Shown in pieces: positions 12,226 to 22,629 of a stretch of 64,000 bases of DNA (position 1 is the stretch's first letter; each line of letters starts with the position of its first letter). The notes under the pieces were generated by a model, which did not search any database, was not told where the DNA came from, and was given only the letters and a program-made list of their open reading frames with translations. The DNA lies in the IMG/VR virus record IMGVR_UViG_3300021376_000011; one strand, given 5' to 3'. Made by a program: the position numbers and the translations under genes. This DNA comes from an uncultured virus (IMG/VR IMGVR_UViG_3300021376_000011). Taxonomy: Duplodnaviria; Heunggongvirae; Uroviricota; Caudoviricetes.

Positions 12226-13392
12226 TTATTGTTTTCTAATATTAAAATATCCGTTTCCGTAAATTGATAATTCACCTGTGTTGTCAATTTCAGATAATCG
12301 TAATGTTTTTTCCATTACACCTTGTTTTCCTCTTTCAACAAAAATGTCAGAATAGATTACTGGTTCATCAATAAATCCTAAGAAATGTTCATTTCTTGTA
12401 ATAACCTTATTGATGACTTCTTCTTTTGTAAATCCTGATGTTGTACCGGTAATTGTGGTAATTCCATCTTCGAAATCTTGATAATATAAATTATCAATTG
12501 TGTATGCACTGTAAGTCACACCATTTGTTACTCCTGTAGTTACACCTGAGTATATATTTGAACCGTATAATTTTAATTCACTAATTTTACTTTTACCAAT
12601 TGCTGCGTATGTAAATGTGGTATAACCTGTGTTGGTTCCATTATAGTCTAAATCGTTTAGATAATTTTGACTTTGACCAGATATGTTGGTGTATGGTATT
12701 GTGAACCCGGAGAATGTCCCTAATGGGTTAGAGACAGTGGTATTTGAAGGTACTTGTACTTTCTTTTTAGTTTCAAACTGACTCCATGGTGTGTTGATTG
12801 AAATTGATATGGTTGTTTCGCCGGTGGATGAATATGTTTTTGTTGCGGTAATTCCAGTTGTTGATAGAATACTTGTAGTTCCATCTCCCCAACTGACAGT
12901 AAAATCGATATAATGTATTTCAGAAACTTTACTCGTGTCCACCGTATTGTAAACCTGAACTGTGTTACCGGTCTGAGTATAAGAAAAGTTACAAATTTGT
13001 TCAACTTGTTCAAGTTCCCCATCAAAACCAACCATTACACCCATTTCGTCAACGTGTGTTTCTAAAAATATCGGTAACATATGTTCACCATACGCCTCCC
13101 CTTTTGTAATATTGTTCCAACCATATAGTTCTAAAGTTAAATCACAACCATTGTCTCCGTAAGAGTTGGTTGGTATGGTGGTTCCTGTCCACATGTAGTA
13201 ACCATCACCGACGGTACCGCCGCTTACATTATATACTATTAAACCTTCTAACGGGTCAAGATATTTAGAATTTGACCAAGATATTAAACTACCCAAACTA
13301 TTGTACCAATATGGACCATCGATTGAATACAATTTGACATTAAGAATGTTTTTCCTTAGTATCTCAAATTTTGTTGGTGATTTAATATCCAT
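12226..13392 (-). CDS. Putative structural protein with a PKD-like domain (388 aa)
   Basis: FTVSWGDGTT...TKTYSSTGETTISISIN matches the PKD signature pattern. Confidence 0.55.
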   Translation of the reverse strand: MDIKSPTKFEILRKNILNVKLYSIDGPYWYNSLGSLISWSNSKYLDPLEGLIVYNVSGGTVGDGYYMWTGTTIPTNSYGDNGCDLTLELYGWNNITKGEAYGEHMLPIFLETHVDEMGVMVGFDGELEQVEQICNFSYTQTGNTVQVYNTVDTSKVSEIHYIDFTVSWGDGTTSILSTTGITATKTYSSTGETTISISINTPWSQFETKKKVQVPSNTTVSNPLGTFSGFTIPYTNISGQSQNYLNDLDYNGTNTGYTTFTYAAIGKSKISELKLYGSNIYSGVTTGVTNGVTYSAYTIDNLYYQDFEDGITTITGTTSGFTKEEVINKVITRNEHFLGFIDEPVIYSDIFVERGKQGVMEKTLRLSEIDNTGELSIYGNGYFNIRKQ

Positions 13393-14222
13393 TATTGTTT
13401 TCTTTCAAAAAAATTTATTGGTAAATTATAGGTACCTTTTCTTGAACCTAAAGAGCCATCGTATGCATATACTACAAATGAATAATTTGTTCTATCTACA
13501 ATTACTTTATAGTAAACATCTTGCTCTTCAATATAAGGTGTTGTTGCATTCACATTTTTTGATTTATTTACAAAATCTATTACACTTCCGTCTTTAGCGT
13601 TGTAATATTTTGCGGTCATATAAAAAGTGTTTCCTGTAATATTAGTTTCTTCGAATGGGGTGTCGTCGGAAAACCAAAAAAAGTACATATTTTCCGTGTT
13701 TCTATAATTAGACCCCGTAAAAACAGGCACGAAAACGTAATCATTTAATGGTAATGTAGCGCCTGATGGTGTGCCTGTATAAAATATTTTTTCACCAAGA
13801 GGTAATGATAAATTTTTTGCAAAAACCAATCTTCTATTTGTTTGATTTGGTGACGCGTCATGGTTGGTTTTGTAAAATTCTAACCTGAAGAAACTTTCTG
13901 TTGATTGTTTTAACATTTTTGAATTTTCTCTAAATGTTATTCCCACATCTTCATAGTTTTGTGAATAGTTACCCGAGGAATTTAGAAAATAAAAATTATA
14001 TAATATGTCGCTTTGAATGAACGTAATGTCCGAATCAGAAACTACACTATAGGGTTCATGAATATACCTTACGGTTTCATAATTTTCAGTTGGATTAATA
14101 ATTTCATATAAAATCTCTTGCTCCATTTGCTGAGCATTATCAGTCCAACCCAAATCTGTTTGAAACATTTGGTTTGGTTCAATTATAATTGATTGGTCAT
14201 TATTTTTAACAAGAATTTTCAT
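13392..14222 (-). CDS. Hypothetical structural protein (276 aa)
   Basis: Long ORF tightly coupled within the baseplate operon. Confidence 0.6.
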   Translation of the reverse strand: MKILVKNNDQSIIIEPNQMFQTDLGWTDNAQQMEQEILYEIINPTENYETVRYIHEPYSVVSDSDITFIQSDILYNFYFLNSSGNYSQNYEDVGITFRENSKMLKQSTESFFRLEFYKTNHDASPNQTNRRLVFAKNLSLPLGEKIFYTGTPSGATLPLNDYVFVPVFTGSNYRNTENMYFFWFSDDTPFEETNITGNTFYMTAKYYNAKDGSVIDFVNKSKNVNATTPYIEEQDVYYKVIVDRTNYSFVVYAYDGSLGSRKGTYNLPINFFERKQ

Positions 14223-14223
14223 A

Positions 14224-15984
14224 TTAACATTTAAATTTATCTACATTCTTAACTTCATCCTGTTTATTCCTGTGAATATTTTCATTTCGCAAATAAAAAT
14301 CAATGTCGCTTTTTACGTAATGTAAATTATTAATAAAAGGAAAGTTGGTACCAAAACCATCTGGGTCAATAAATCCATGGTCATATAAATCTCTCCATTT
14401 CCATAAGGACTCATCTTCAAAATATTTTGAATTCTGTGGTAATCCATACACTTGATTTGTTTTTGAAGTCTCAATGTATGGGGACAATTGTCTCAGTTTT
14501 ACTCTATGGTGTGGTTTATAATAAAGACCATACATATTTGTTACTGAACCACCTGAAAAAGCCACAGTTGTACCCGTTTGTCCATAATCAAACACAAATA
14601 AAGGATTAGAAAATCTATGATATGATTCACTTATAATTCTTTCATTTAATTCTGAATGATTGTATTCAACAAAGGCACCGTGTAAAACTGTACCAACAGG
14701 TAAATCTATACCTGTTGTAAAATTATAGGTTGTTGCACTAATCGTTCTTGAGAAACCACTTGTTAATATAGACGTTTCAGTAGTTCCTGTACCATTAAAA
14801 TGCTCGTCAACCCACGTGTCATGAAAATTAAACTTCCACCCAACTTTAGGTGGATATTCAAAATAACCATTTCTATTGGCTAAAATGGTACTGACATAAA
14901 CTTCAGTTGGTAAATAACCTAAGTTATTGGTTAATCCCGTGAGAACAAATGGTTCTTTAAAATCATAAATTAATGATTCCATCATATTTCTCTCAACTAA
15001 AACATCGGAAACACCAGCGCTATTTTCTAAAAGTAATTTTCTTTCGTTTTCCCAAATGGATGATTCAAATCCAATTTTGTCTAATATGTAATCTTCTCTC
15101 TCTGTTAATGTTTTGTGTTCGTGAACGTAATAAATTGAAGTGGAACCTGTAATATTATTTATATTAAGACATCTTTTACCAAAAACCACCGTGGATAGTG
15201 TTGAACCAGATGGTAATTCGGATTTAGATATTTCTAAAACATATTTTTCAGAATTATATATTGAATCACCGACACTTATAATTGTAAAAGTTTTACCTGT
15301 GACATTCACCGCACTGTTAAAACTTCCACCACTTAATATTATAAATTCACCTGATGACATTCCGTGTTCAACAGGGCTTGTTAACTTATATGTGTTACCA
15401 GTACTTTCAACTCGAAAAGGTATTCCATCACCTGATGTGAAACTAAAATAAGTTCCACCACTTAATGAATATTTCATTGGATAATCACTGTCTTGACCAT
15501 ATACATATGAAAGGTATATGTTCCAATTATGATATGGCGCGTCAATACTTGAAATTGTGGTATGTTCGGACGCTCCTGAATAGGTAAAAACAGGAGTAAT
15601 TGTTGTTAAAGATGAGATGGTTTGTATTGTATTTACTTGTCTTAAAACGTCTTTTCTTAAAAAAGCAAATTCTTGATAGGGTATAAATCCATCAAAATTA
15701 TTATCACTACCGTCACCGACTAAATACAATCTTTTTAATAATGGATTATATTCAGATGAACCACTATAAAGATTTCTAAAAACCATTTTAAGTTTACCAT
15801 GAATTTTATAGCTATTACTTTCGTTCCTTTCTTTATTAAAGAGCTCCGCGTTACTTAGAATAATTGTTCTGTCACCTTCTCTTAAAAGATTCTCAGTTTC
15901 CTCTAACCCAACACGAATTGTTTGGTCTTCATTGATTGAACCAAAAAATTTTTTAGATGGTAATATAATTCTTTTTTTATCCAT
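14224..15984 (-). CDS. Hypothetical structural protein (586 aa)
   Basis: Long ORF with a 1-bp overlap to the upstream gene; beta-rich Thr/Gly composition. Confidence 0.6.
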   Translation of the reverse strand: MDKKRIILPSKKFFGSINEDQTIRVGLEETENLLREGDRTIILSNAELFNKERNESNSYKIHGKLKMVFRNLYSGSSEYNPLLKRLYLVGDGSDNNFDGFIPYQEFAFLRKDVLRQVNTIQTISSLTTITPVFTYSGASEHTTISSIDAPYHNWNIYLSYVYGQDSDYPMKYSLSGGTYFSFTSGDGIPFRVESTGNTYKLTSPVEHGMSSGEFIILSGGSFNSAVNVTGKTFTIISVGDSIYNSEKYVLEISKSELPSGSTLSTVVFGKRCLNINNITGSTSIYYVHEHKTLTEREDYILDKIGFESSIWENERKLLLENSAGVSDVLVERNMMESLIYDFKEPFVLTGLTNNLGYLPTEVYVSTILANRNGYFEYPPKVGWKFNFHDTWVDEHFNGTGTTETSILTSGFSRTISATTYNFTTGIDLPVGTVLHGAFVEYNHSELNERIISESYHRFSNPLFVFDYGQTGTTVAFSGGSVTNMYGLYYKPHHRVKLRQLSPYIETSKTNQVYGLPQNSKYFEDESLWKWRDLYDHGFIDPDGFGTNFPFINNLHYVKSDIDFYLRNENIHRNKQDEVKNVDKFKC

Positions 15985-18900
15985 TATTCTTGAGATGGGA
16001 ACGCACCTTTTGGTCCAAATAATTTTATAAATTTATCAAGAGCGGTTGCCCCAGGTCTTAATCCAAAATAAAATAAGAATGGTGTTGATAATATTTGTTT
16101 ATTACCGTTGTAATTGACTTGTGTTGGTTTTAATATAAAATCAACATCAAAATTCCAAGGTTTGGATGTCCATCCACCTACTTCACCGACTCTAATCCAT
16201 AAAGTACCCGCGTATGCCGTTTCGGTATCTCCTGATGTAATATGTAAAAATGTAAACCCTTCTTCTTGATTATCAAAATTAAGATGATAGTCAGCCGTAT
16301 CTTCTTCATCAAAATCAGCAAGTGCAACGTTCGCGCCGGAAATTGTAAACGTATCACCTGAATATGTTTTAGTCATTGGAAATAAAACATAATTATATGT
16401 CGAATCTCCCGTAAATGCGTAATTATGGGACATACCCTGAAGATTTTGAGCAACAACACTTGTATAATCCCACGACTGATTAATACCTTCACCAAATCCG
16501 GGACCTTTTTTATCCCAATAAAAAAATGGTACCACCTGTGATGATTCTGTTAATCGTCCTGGCTCGTTCAAACAAACCCTAACTCTATAACCATCATCAT
16601 CATCTAAAACAAAATTTATAGGTAAAGGTCCGTTTGTAGTACCGCTTTGTGATTTGAAAATATTTGGATAATCTTCGGGGTCCAAAATTACTGGACTGTA
16701 TTGACCATAATACCTATTTTGTAAATCGAACTCATCGATACCGACTTCGTTATTAATTGAAATTAATTGTAGAACATCACCATTCATTATTTGGTTGTTT
16801 GTAAAATAAGGATAAGTAGTAAAACCATTGTTTTGGAAAAAACTTTTATACGTGTAATTTGGGTTAGTATCCATTCGATAATTAATGTATAGACCTAACA
16901 TTTCCTTAAAATTTTGAAATGACGTTGAACCAATACTTCTAACCACGGAACAATTAGGGTCTAAAGATGGGTCTACACAAATTTCTTTTATAAATTCATC
17001 TCTTGGACCTAAGTCCATGACCGTGGTTGGGTATCTTAGTGTTGTAAATTGAGTTCCAACATCTTTTGTTATTTGAAATTGTGATGTTGTATTATTCCAT
17101 TTTGTTGACCTATAATAAAACCTTTTTACAGCACTTTTTGATGATGCCTCATCAACTTTATAGTATACTAAGTCTTTACAATAATTTGTACCCCTAAAAT
17201 TTAAATCTAAAATTTCCTCATTATCCCATCTTACTTTAGCTTTGAATGGGAACATATATAAAGAACCTGCTAACCAATTTTCAAAAAAAGAATATTTAGC
17301 GAGTCCTTCACAAAATACTTTGTTAACCAATTTTCTTCTACAGTATTCATTAATTAATTTAAATTGTGTTTCCCTATTAAAATCGTTGGCTGCGGGAATT
17401 ATTGTATATATACCAAATCTGAATTCAGAAAAACCTGTTCGAGTGTCACATCTACCACAAGGATTTAAACCACTTTGGTTTACGTAAGCAACCTGACCTA
17501 CTATTATTTTATTTAAACTAATACAATTGGTACCTGGATTTAAAATAACTTGAGAGGGGTCACTATAATTGTCTGCAACATCTGTTGCACAATAAGTTGC
17601 CGGTACAGAAACCGTATTGTCGTAAATAGTATTATTAGATAAACAACCTTCGGGTAAAGACGTTGTATCCATCGCGGTTGCTGCTGTAACTCCTACTGGA
17701 TGTCCACTATCATAAATTTCGTAAGTAAATCCCGACCAAACAAAATCCTCAATAACCCCACTTGAATTATAACGATATGGTATATTAGTACTTTCTATTC
17801 CTTTATATCCTGTTGTTGCCCCCACAGAATATGTACCTAATGTGAATGAAGTTGTTATGCCTGTGGTGATATTGGCATTTAGATAATTAATATCGGATGT
17901 TTGAGCATTTCCATGCGGACTATATGAAATTATTTTAATGAAATAAGTTCTACCCGTGGCCAAACCATTTAAATAATTTATATATAATTGGGTTGGGGAT
18001 TGTCCATAGGTATATCCGGTGTAATTATATATCGTTAGACCTGAGGAAGGTGTTTCCGTTAAAATAAATTCATTTGTTCCATTTATTGGGTCGGCAATAA
18101 AAATATCTGTAACAGTTTGGTCACACGTACCCGTTACTACCGGTACACCGTCTCCGCCAGCATATGACATTGACCCGTCTCTTGCACAAATTCCTGTTAC
18201 CGATGACCCACCGGAGGGTATCGATTGAGATTGAATTGAGTTGTTAGTACAATCTCTCCAAGTGTAAGTGGTTGTACCAACACTTGGTGGCGGTAAATTG
18301 TATGTTGTACAGTTAACTAAAAATGTCAACTCATCCCTAACCGCGTAACCATCGACAACTTTTTCATAAAGAACGGAGGGGTCACTAGTGGTATCAACAG
18401 ATTGATTAAAAACTTCAATTTCATCGCACGACTGACATTCTGGATAAATCACTAAACTAAGGTGAACGGTGCCCAATTGTTGTAAAAATTCAATAATATC
18501 ATCGAGGAATTGAAATCTACCGAAGCCAAATACTGTACTACCAAACACCCTTATCCTAAAATACAATATATCATATAACCATTGAAAAGGTCTAATCAAT
18601 ATTTGCATTGCCCCAATAAACGCGGTGTATATTACTTTTTCAAAAGCATTTATAATAATTGCTAAAAGAATTGAAAAATTAAATTGTTTATATGCGTAAT
18701 TTGTGGGTGGGGTAAGAACACTTGATTCACAATCATCTTCTTCTTTAGGTGCAATATCCTTTATTCCAAGAAACGAAGACGGTGAAATAGTCCCTAATGG
18801 ACCTTCAATATGTGAACTTATATACGATGTTACCGCGTAAACTTTATTATATGTGAATCTATAAAAATAATCTTGGGGGTAATAACTACCATACGTTTGA

Positions 18901-20141
18901 TTGAATATTATCGATGTGTTTTTTGCACTAGTTGGATAATCGTTCCAATCAAGTGAAAACGCATAAGATTTATCCACATCATTTTGATATTCACGTATGT
19001 TTGGTACTAAGAAACTACCTACGGAGCGAACCCTACCTAATGTTTGATTTTTACCCGATATTCTAAATCTATAACAAGCTGATGTTGGAATACCTTTGTT
19101 TGGGTCGTTTGTTATTTCGTTTTCACCAAATTCATTTGTGAATATAAAATCCATATTCATTGGTAATGGGACAACGAAAGAACCATCTTCTTCAATATCT
19201 TCTTGTATTTCATATCTTTCGAGTATAGGGAAACCATTACCGTCTTTATTTGGTGTAAACCTTATCATTTCAATAACCGCGTCAAATGTGGTTAAATCAC
19301 ACTTTCTACCCATAGCGTTTTTAGGGGTGCAAGTTTTATTTAATGTGTTTTTACCTTTATCTGAGTAAATTGAACCTAAGAAATATGCCTTTGGTTCCAC
19401 TTTTACACCCTGACTAGATAAATCAAAATCAGTTCTGGTTAATCCAATTTCACATAAATCTTCATTACCCCAAAAAGGATAAACCTCCACGGTTTGATTA
19501 AATGAAACTATTTGTGGTAAAGAATCAATATCGTTTGATGCTTTGTATGTATAAGTGTTTTTAAACTTATCTACACCCGTACCTTGTCTGATAAAGTCAT
19601 CTGGTCTAAGTGAAAAACAACCAATATCAGATAAGTCGACATCTACGTGAATTGTTTGTGTACCAACAGGTACACCCCAAATCATAAAGTCACCAGCATC
19701 ATTTGTTTTTACTGTGTATTTGTAATATTTTTCATAAACCTCAAGGACCTCTTCCCTTGTTAGAATGTCTTTTTGGTCAGGGAATGTTCCGGTTGGTTCA
19801 TGTCCACCATGTTGTTTTCGACTTGGTAAAAGATTATATTTATAACCATCTTGATTTTTATCATCCACAGTTGTATATGGATATAAAACAGATATCACAG
19901 GGTCGTTTGTGTCTTCTTCTGATATTGGTATAAAAATTGAAACTCTAGCATTTGGAACACCAAAACCATTGTTTACAAATATTCTACCACAAACCACACC
20001 GTAGTCTGAACACATTGACGAGTAAACTTCGGTCTGTGTAAATTTTAGAGATAATATCTCCAATAAGTCAAAATCGTTTTTTAATTCGACAACGACTTTT
20101 TGGTCTTTACCTATATTTGTGGAAATTCTGTGTTTCTGCAT
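15984..20141 (-). CDS. Large virion protein (1385 aa) with an N-terminal carboxypeptidase-regulatory/prealbumin-like beta domain and an internal hydrophobic segment
   Basis: GVVCGRIFVNNGFGVPNARVSIF and TVKTNDAGDFMIWGVPVGTQTIHVD patterns; TATTTAT upstream. Confidence 0.55.
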   Translation of the reverse strand: MQKHRISTNIGKDQKVVVELKNDFDLLEILSLKFTQTEVYSSMCSDYGVVCGRIFVNNGFGVPNARVSIFIPISEEDTNDPVISVLYPYTTVDDKNQDGYKYNLLPSRKQHGGHEPTGTFPDQKDILTREEVLEVYEKYYKYTVKTNDAGDFMIWGVPVGTQTIHVDVDLSDIGCFSLRPDDFIRQGTGVDKFKNTYTYKASNDIDSLPQIVSFNQTVEVYPFWGNEDLCEIGLTRTDFDLSSQGVKVEPKAYFLGSIYSDKGKNTLNKTCTPKNAMGRKCDLTTFDAVIEMIRFTPNKDGNGFPILERYEIQEDIEEDGSFVVPLPMNMDFIFTNEFGENEITNDPNKGIPTSACYRFRISGKNQTLGRVRSVGSFLVPNIREYQNDVDKSYAFSLDWNDYPTSAKNTSIIFNQTYGSYYPQDYFYRFTYNKVYAVTSYISSHIEGPLGTISPSSFLGIKDIAPKEEDDCESSVLTPPTNYAYKQFNFSILLAIIINAFEKVIYTAFIGAMQILIRPFQWLYDILYFRIRVFGSTVFGFGRFQFLDDIIEFLQQLGTVHLSLVIYPECQSCDEIEVFNQSVDTTSDPSVLYEKVVDGYAVRDELTFLVNCTTYNLPPPSVGTTTYTWRDCTNNSIQSQSIPSGGSSVTGICARDGSMSYAGGDGVPVVTGTCDQTVTDIFIADPINGTNEFILTETPSSGLTIYNYTGYTYGQSPTQLYINYLNGLATGRTYFIKIISYSPHGNAQTSDINYLNANITTGITTSFTLGTYSVGATTGYKGIESTNIPYRYNSSGVIEDFVWSGFTYEIYDSGHPVGVTAATAMDTTSLPEGCLSNNTIYDNTVSVPATYCATDVADNYSDPSQVILNPGTNCISLNKIIVGQVAYVNQSGLNPCGRCDTRTGFSEFRFGIYTIIPAANDFNRETQFKLINEYCRRKLVNKVFCEGLAKYSFFENWLAGSLYMFPFKAKVRWDNEEILDLNFRGTNYCKDLVYYKVDEASSKSAVKRFYYRSTKWNNTTSQFQITKDVGTQFTTLRYPTTVMDLGPRDEFIKEICVDPSLDPNCSVVRSIGSTSFQNFKEMLGLYINYRMDTNPNYTYKSFFQNNGFTTYPYFTNNQIMNGDVLQLISINNEVGIDEFDLQNRYYGQYSPVILDPEDYPNIFKSQSGTTNGPLPINFVLDDDDGYRVRVCLNEPGRLTESSQVVPFFYWDKKGPGFGEGINQSWDYTSVVAQNLQGMSHNYAFTGDSTYNYVLFPMTKTYSGDTFTISGANVALADFDEEDTADYHLNFDNQEEGFTFLHITSGDTETAYAGTLWIRVGEVGGWTSKPWNFDVDFILKPTQVNYNGNKQILSTPFLFYFGLRPGATALDKFIKLFGPKGAFPSQE

Positions 20142-20193
20142 TATTCTATAAATAGAAAATTATGGATTTCCAGAAAAATAAATAAAAATTAAA

Positions 20194-22026
20194 TTAGAAT
20201 GTAGTCGTTCCTAATGTTTTTACTCTGACTTTTATGTCTTTCTGAGGAAATCTTATTTGATATATTTGGTTAGATTTCATATAGATAGTCATATCAGATT
20301 GAGCGATTTCTTTTGTGTTAGGGTCAATATATGACTGTAACACCTCAGAAGATGAATATACCCCACCTACGTTATTAAAAACTCTTATATCAACAGCGTT
20401 TACCACACCGTTTACTTCACCTATTGTTTTATATAAATCACCAACAAATAATGGGTCACCCATTTTTCTTTTTTCAATTGAAAAGTAACTAACAATATCC
20501 TCGATAATGGTTTTAACAATTTCTGTCTGATTACCATTTTTATCAATGACAACATCAATTTCCAATGTAAAATCAACCACTTCACCGCTCTGAACCTCTA
20601 AGAAATCATTTACCATCCTATATTCAGCTAAGTAAGATAAAATATTATTTTTTAATGTATTTGAAACTGTATCAATAAGATTACCATTTTCATCATACGA
20701 TAATAATTTAATTTTTATTTTATTGTCCTCTTCCATCACATTTACCTTAGCTGGTGCTCCATAGGTTGATGGCATTGTCTCAATTAAAGATTTGTAATCA
20801 TTAAGAGTTACCGCCCTATTTTGTGCCGAGAAGTTATATGCAATCATATTTCTAACTTCTTCAATTGTAGGTTGGTCCGCACCACCAACAGCTGGTGTTA
20901 CGTTTGTTACAATTAATGAATTCTGTACTTGAGTATTCGTTGATGAATTGGGTCCATTGATTGAAAATTCAACGTTATCCACACTTGTAATAATATCAAT
21001 ACCAAGATTACTGTCTTTACCACCACCAATTCTGTATTTTATGAATAATGTTGTATTTGATTTTGGTAAAGCACCTAATGATAAGTTATTTAAATAAGTT
21101 CCAAGACTTACTTTTAAATTGCCTTGATTATAGTTATCTAAATTATCTAATGGATTAACATTACCAGAGCCAAATGTTACCGAAAAATAATTTTCGGGAG
21201 TATATTCTGTAATAAATTTATTTGTAACTGGAACGTATGTTCCCGATATGAAATTATCACTATCAGATGCTGATGTTGGGTCGGGTACGAATACTTTATC
21301 TTGTATTAATGATTTTACTTCGTACCATTTATTTTCAGAACTTAAAAATTCAGAGTTAGTTGGATTATTTACAAAGTTTGTTCCCTCTTTGTGAATTACT
21401 CCACTCACCCCTAATATGTTTTGTTCAGGTAAGAATATTTTTAAGAAAGGTTTTTGGTCAACTTCTGTTATAACTTTTCTATATATTCTTGTTACACCAT
21501 TTACAACCGCTTCTCTTTTTACAATTGAGTATGATATGAGTCTATTATTACCATCGAAATTTGGAATTTTTAATCTGTTTGGTTCTCCCCTTTTATTAAA
21601 AGGATTTGAGAAATCAATATCTTCAATTGTTTCAAAAACTTGCCCCCCACCAGATACCTGAGCCCCTGATTTAATGTTTCCCAAATAACGTTCATCTTCC
21701 TTATCCCCCCTTACGGGTACTTGTATAGTAAAATCACACAAAGAAACAGATGGTCTATTTCCTGGTATTCTCATACCATATGTTTTAGCAATATGATACA
21801 ATGATTTCCTTTGTGTTGCGAAATCCAACATTGTTTCTTGCCAAACCCTATCAATATGAAAATGTAAATTATCTGTCACAGCGGCATTTAAATCTAATAA
21901 AACAGAATAAATTGACGCGTCATTTGTATTCTTAATTAAATCGGGATAATATTCCCTTGTAAGATTAACTAATTCCTGTCTTAAACCAGCAAAGTCTCTG
22001 ACGGCGTATGATATTTTTTTACTCAT
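20194..22026 (-). CDS. Baseplate wedge subunit (T4 gp6 / baseplate J-like)
   Basis: RDFAGLRQEL N-terminus, YRIGGG, GGADQPTIEEVR, AQNRAVTLNDY motifs; follows a gp25-like gene. Confidence 0.9.
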   Translation of the reverse strand: MSKKISYAVRDFAGLRQELVNLTREYYPDLIKNTNDASIYSVLLDLNAAVTDNLHFHIDRVWQETMLDFATQRKSLYHIAKTYGMRIPGNRPSVSLCDFTIQVPVRGDKEDERYLGNIKSGAQVSGGGQVFETIEDIDFSNPFNKRGEPNRLKIPNFDGNNRLISYSIVKREAVVNGVTRIYRKVITEVDQKPFLKIFLPEQNILGVSGVIHKEGTNFVNNPTNSEFLSSENKWYEVKSLIQDKVFVPDPTSASDSDNFISGTYVPVTNKFITEYTPENYFSVTFGSGNVNPLDNLDNYNQGNLKVSLGTYLNNLSLGALPKSNTTLFIKYRIGGGKDSNLGIDIITSVDNVEFSINGPNSSTNTQVQNSLIVTNVTPAVGGADQPTIEEVRNMIAYNFSAQNRAVTLNDYKSLIETMPSTYGAPAKVNVMEEDNKIKIKLLSYDENGNLIDTVSNTLKNNILSYLAEYRMVNDFLEVQSGEVVDFTLEIDVVIDKNGNQTEIVKTIIEDIVSYFSIEKRKMGDPLFVGDLYKTIGEVNGVVNAVDIRVFNNVGGVYSSSEVLQSYIDPNTKEIAQSDMTIYMKSNQIYQIRFPQKDIKVRVKTLGTTTF

Positions 22027-22027
22027 A

Positions 22028-22480
22028 TTATATATTAATAATTACAAAATCGGACGAAACAAAAGGTTCATTATTTATGTCATAGTCAATTCGAACTTTT
22101 GCAGTATAGGGTTTTGTTGAAAAATCAGAGACTCTAAACAATCTTGAATCCTCATCTTCTTGTGGACTAATAGGTTCTTCAGGTTCTTGGTCAGCCGGGG
22201 TTACTCTGATAGATTTTATTTCTAAATTTGGGATATATTTTTTTACTGATGTTCTAATTTCATCCTCTATTTGTCCCCACGTAACAGCGTCGTTTGGTTC
22301 AAAAATAAATTCAATTAATTTAGTTCCAAAATCGGGTAAATAATATCTCGTACCCTTTCTTGTTAATAATAAGTGAATTAAGTTTGCACGAATCTCCCTT
22401 TCAGGGGTTTCGGTCATAACCAAAAAATCACCCTTAGGACTAATTCTGAATGGAAAATCTATACCATATGTAATCGCCAT
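22028..22480 (-). CDS. Baseplate wedge subunit, T4 gp25-like (150 aa; start corrected to ATG at 22480)
   Basis: IRANLIHLLLTRKGTRYYLPDFGTKLIEFIFEP is a gp25/GPW signature; TATTTAT sits just upstream of the ATG and a terminator lies within the track's N-terminal extension. Confidence 0.9.
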   Translation of the reverse strand: MAITYGIDFPFRISPKGDFLVMTETPEREIRANLIHLLLTRKGTRYYLPDFGTKLIEFIFEPNDAVTWGQIEDEIRTSVKKYIPNLEIKSIRVTPADQEPEEPISPQEDEDSRLFRVSDFSTKPYTAKVRIDYDINNEPFVSSDFVIINI

Positions 22481-22521
22481 ACTAATAAATATAACTAAAC
22501 AACAAATACTAATAAATAAAA

Positions 22522-22543
22522 AATCCCAACCTAAGTTGGGATT
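22522..22543 (-). terminator. Rho-independent terminator after nrdA
   Basis: AATCCCAAC-TTAG-GTTGGGATT followed by TTTTATTT on the minus strand. Confidence 0.8.
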
Positions 22544-22629
22544 ATATATTGTTTGATTTTTTTGCTCTTGTATAATCAAACAAAGTAGATGTATTGTTAA
22601 TTATAAAATGTCAATGGAGCCACCTACAG

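Noticed and set aside
22481..22579. N-terminal extension of the gp25-like ORF
   Set aside because: It spans a terminator hairpin and the TATTTAT motif; the ATG at 22480 is the better start.
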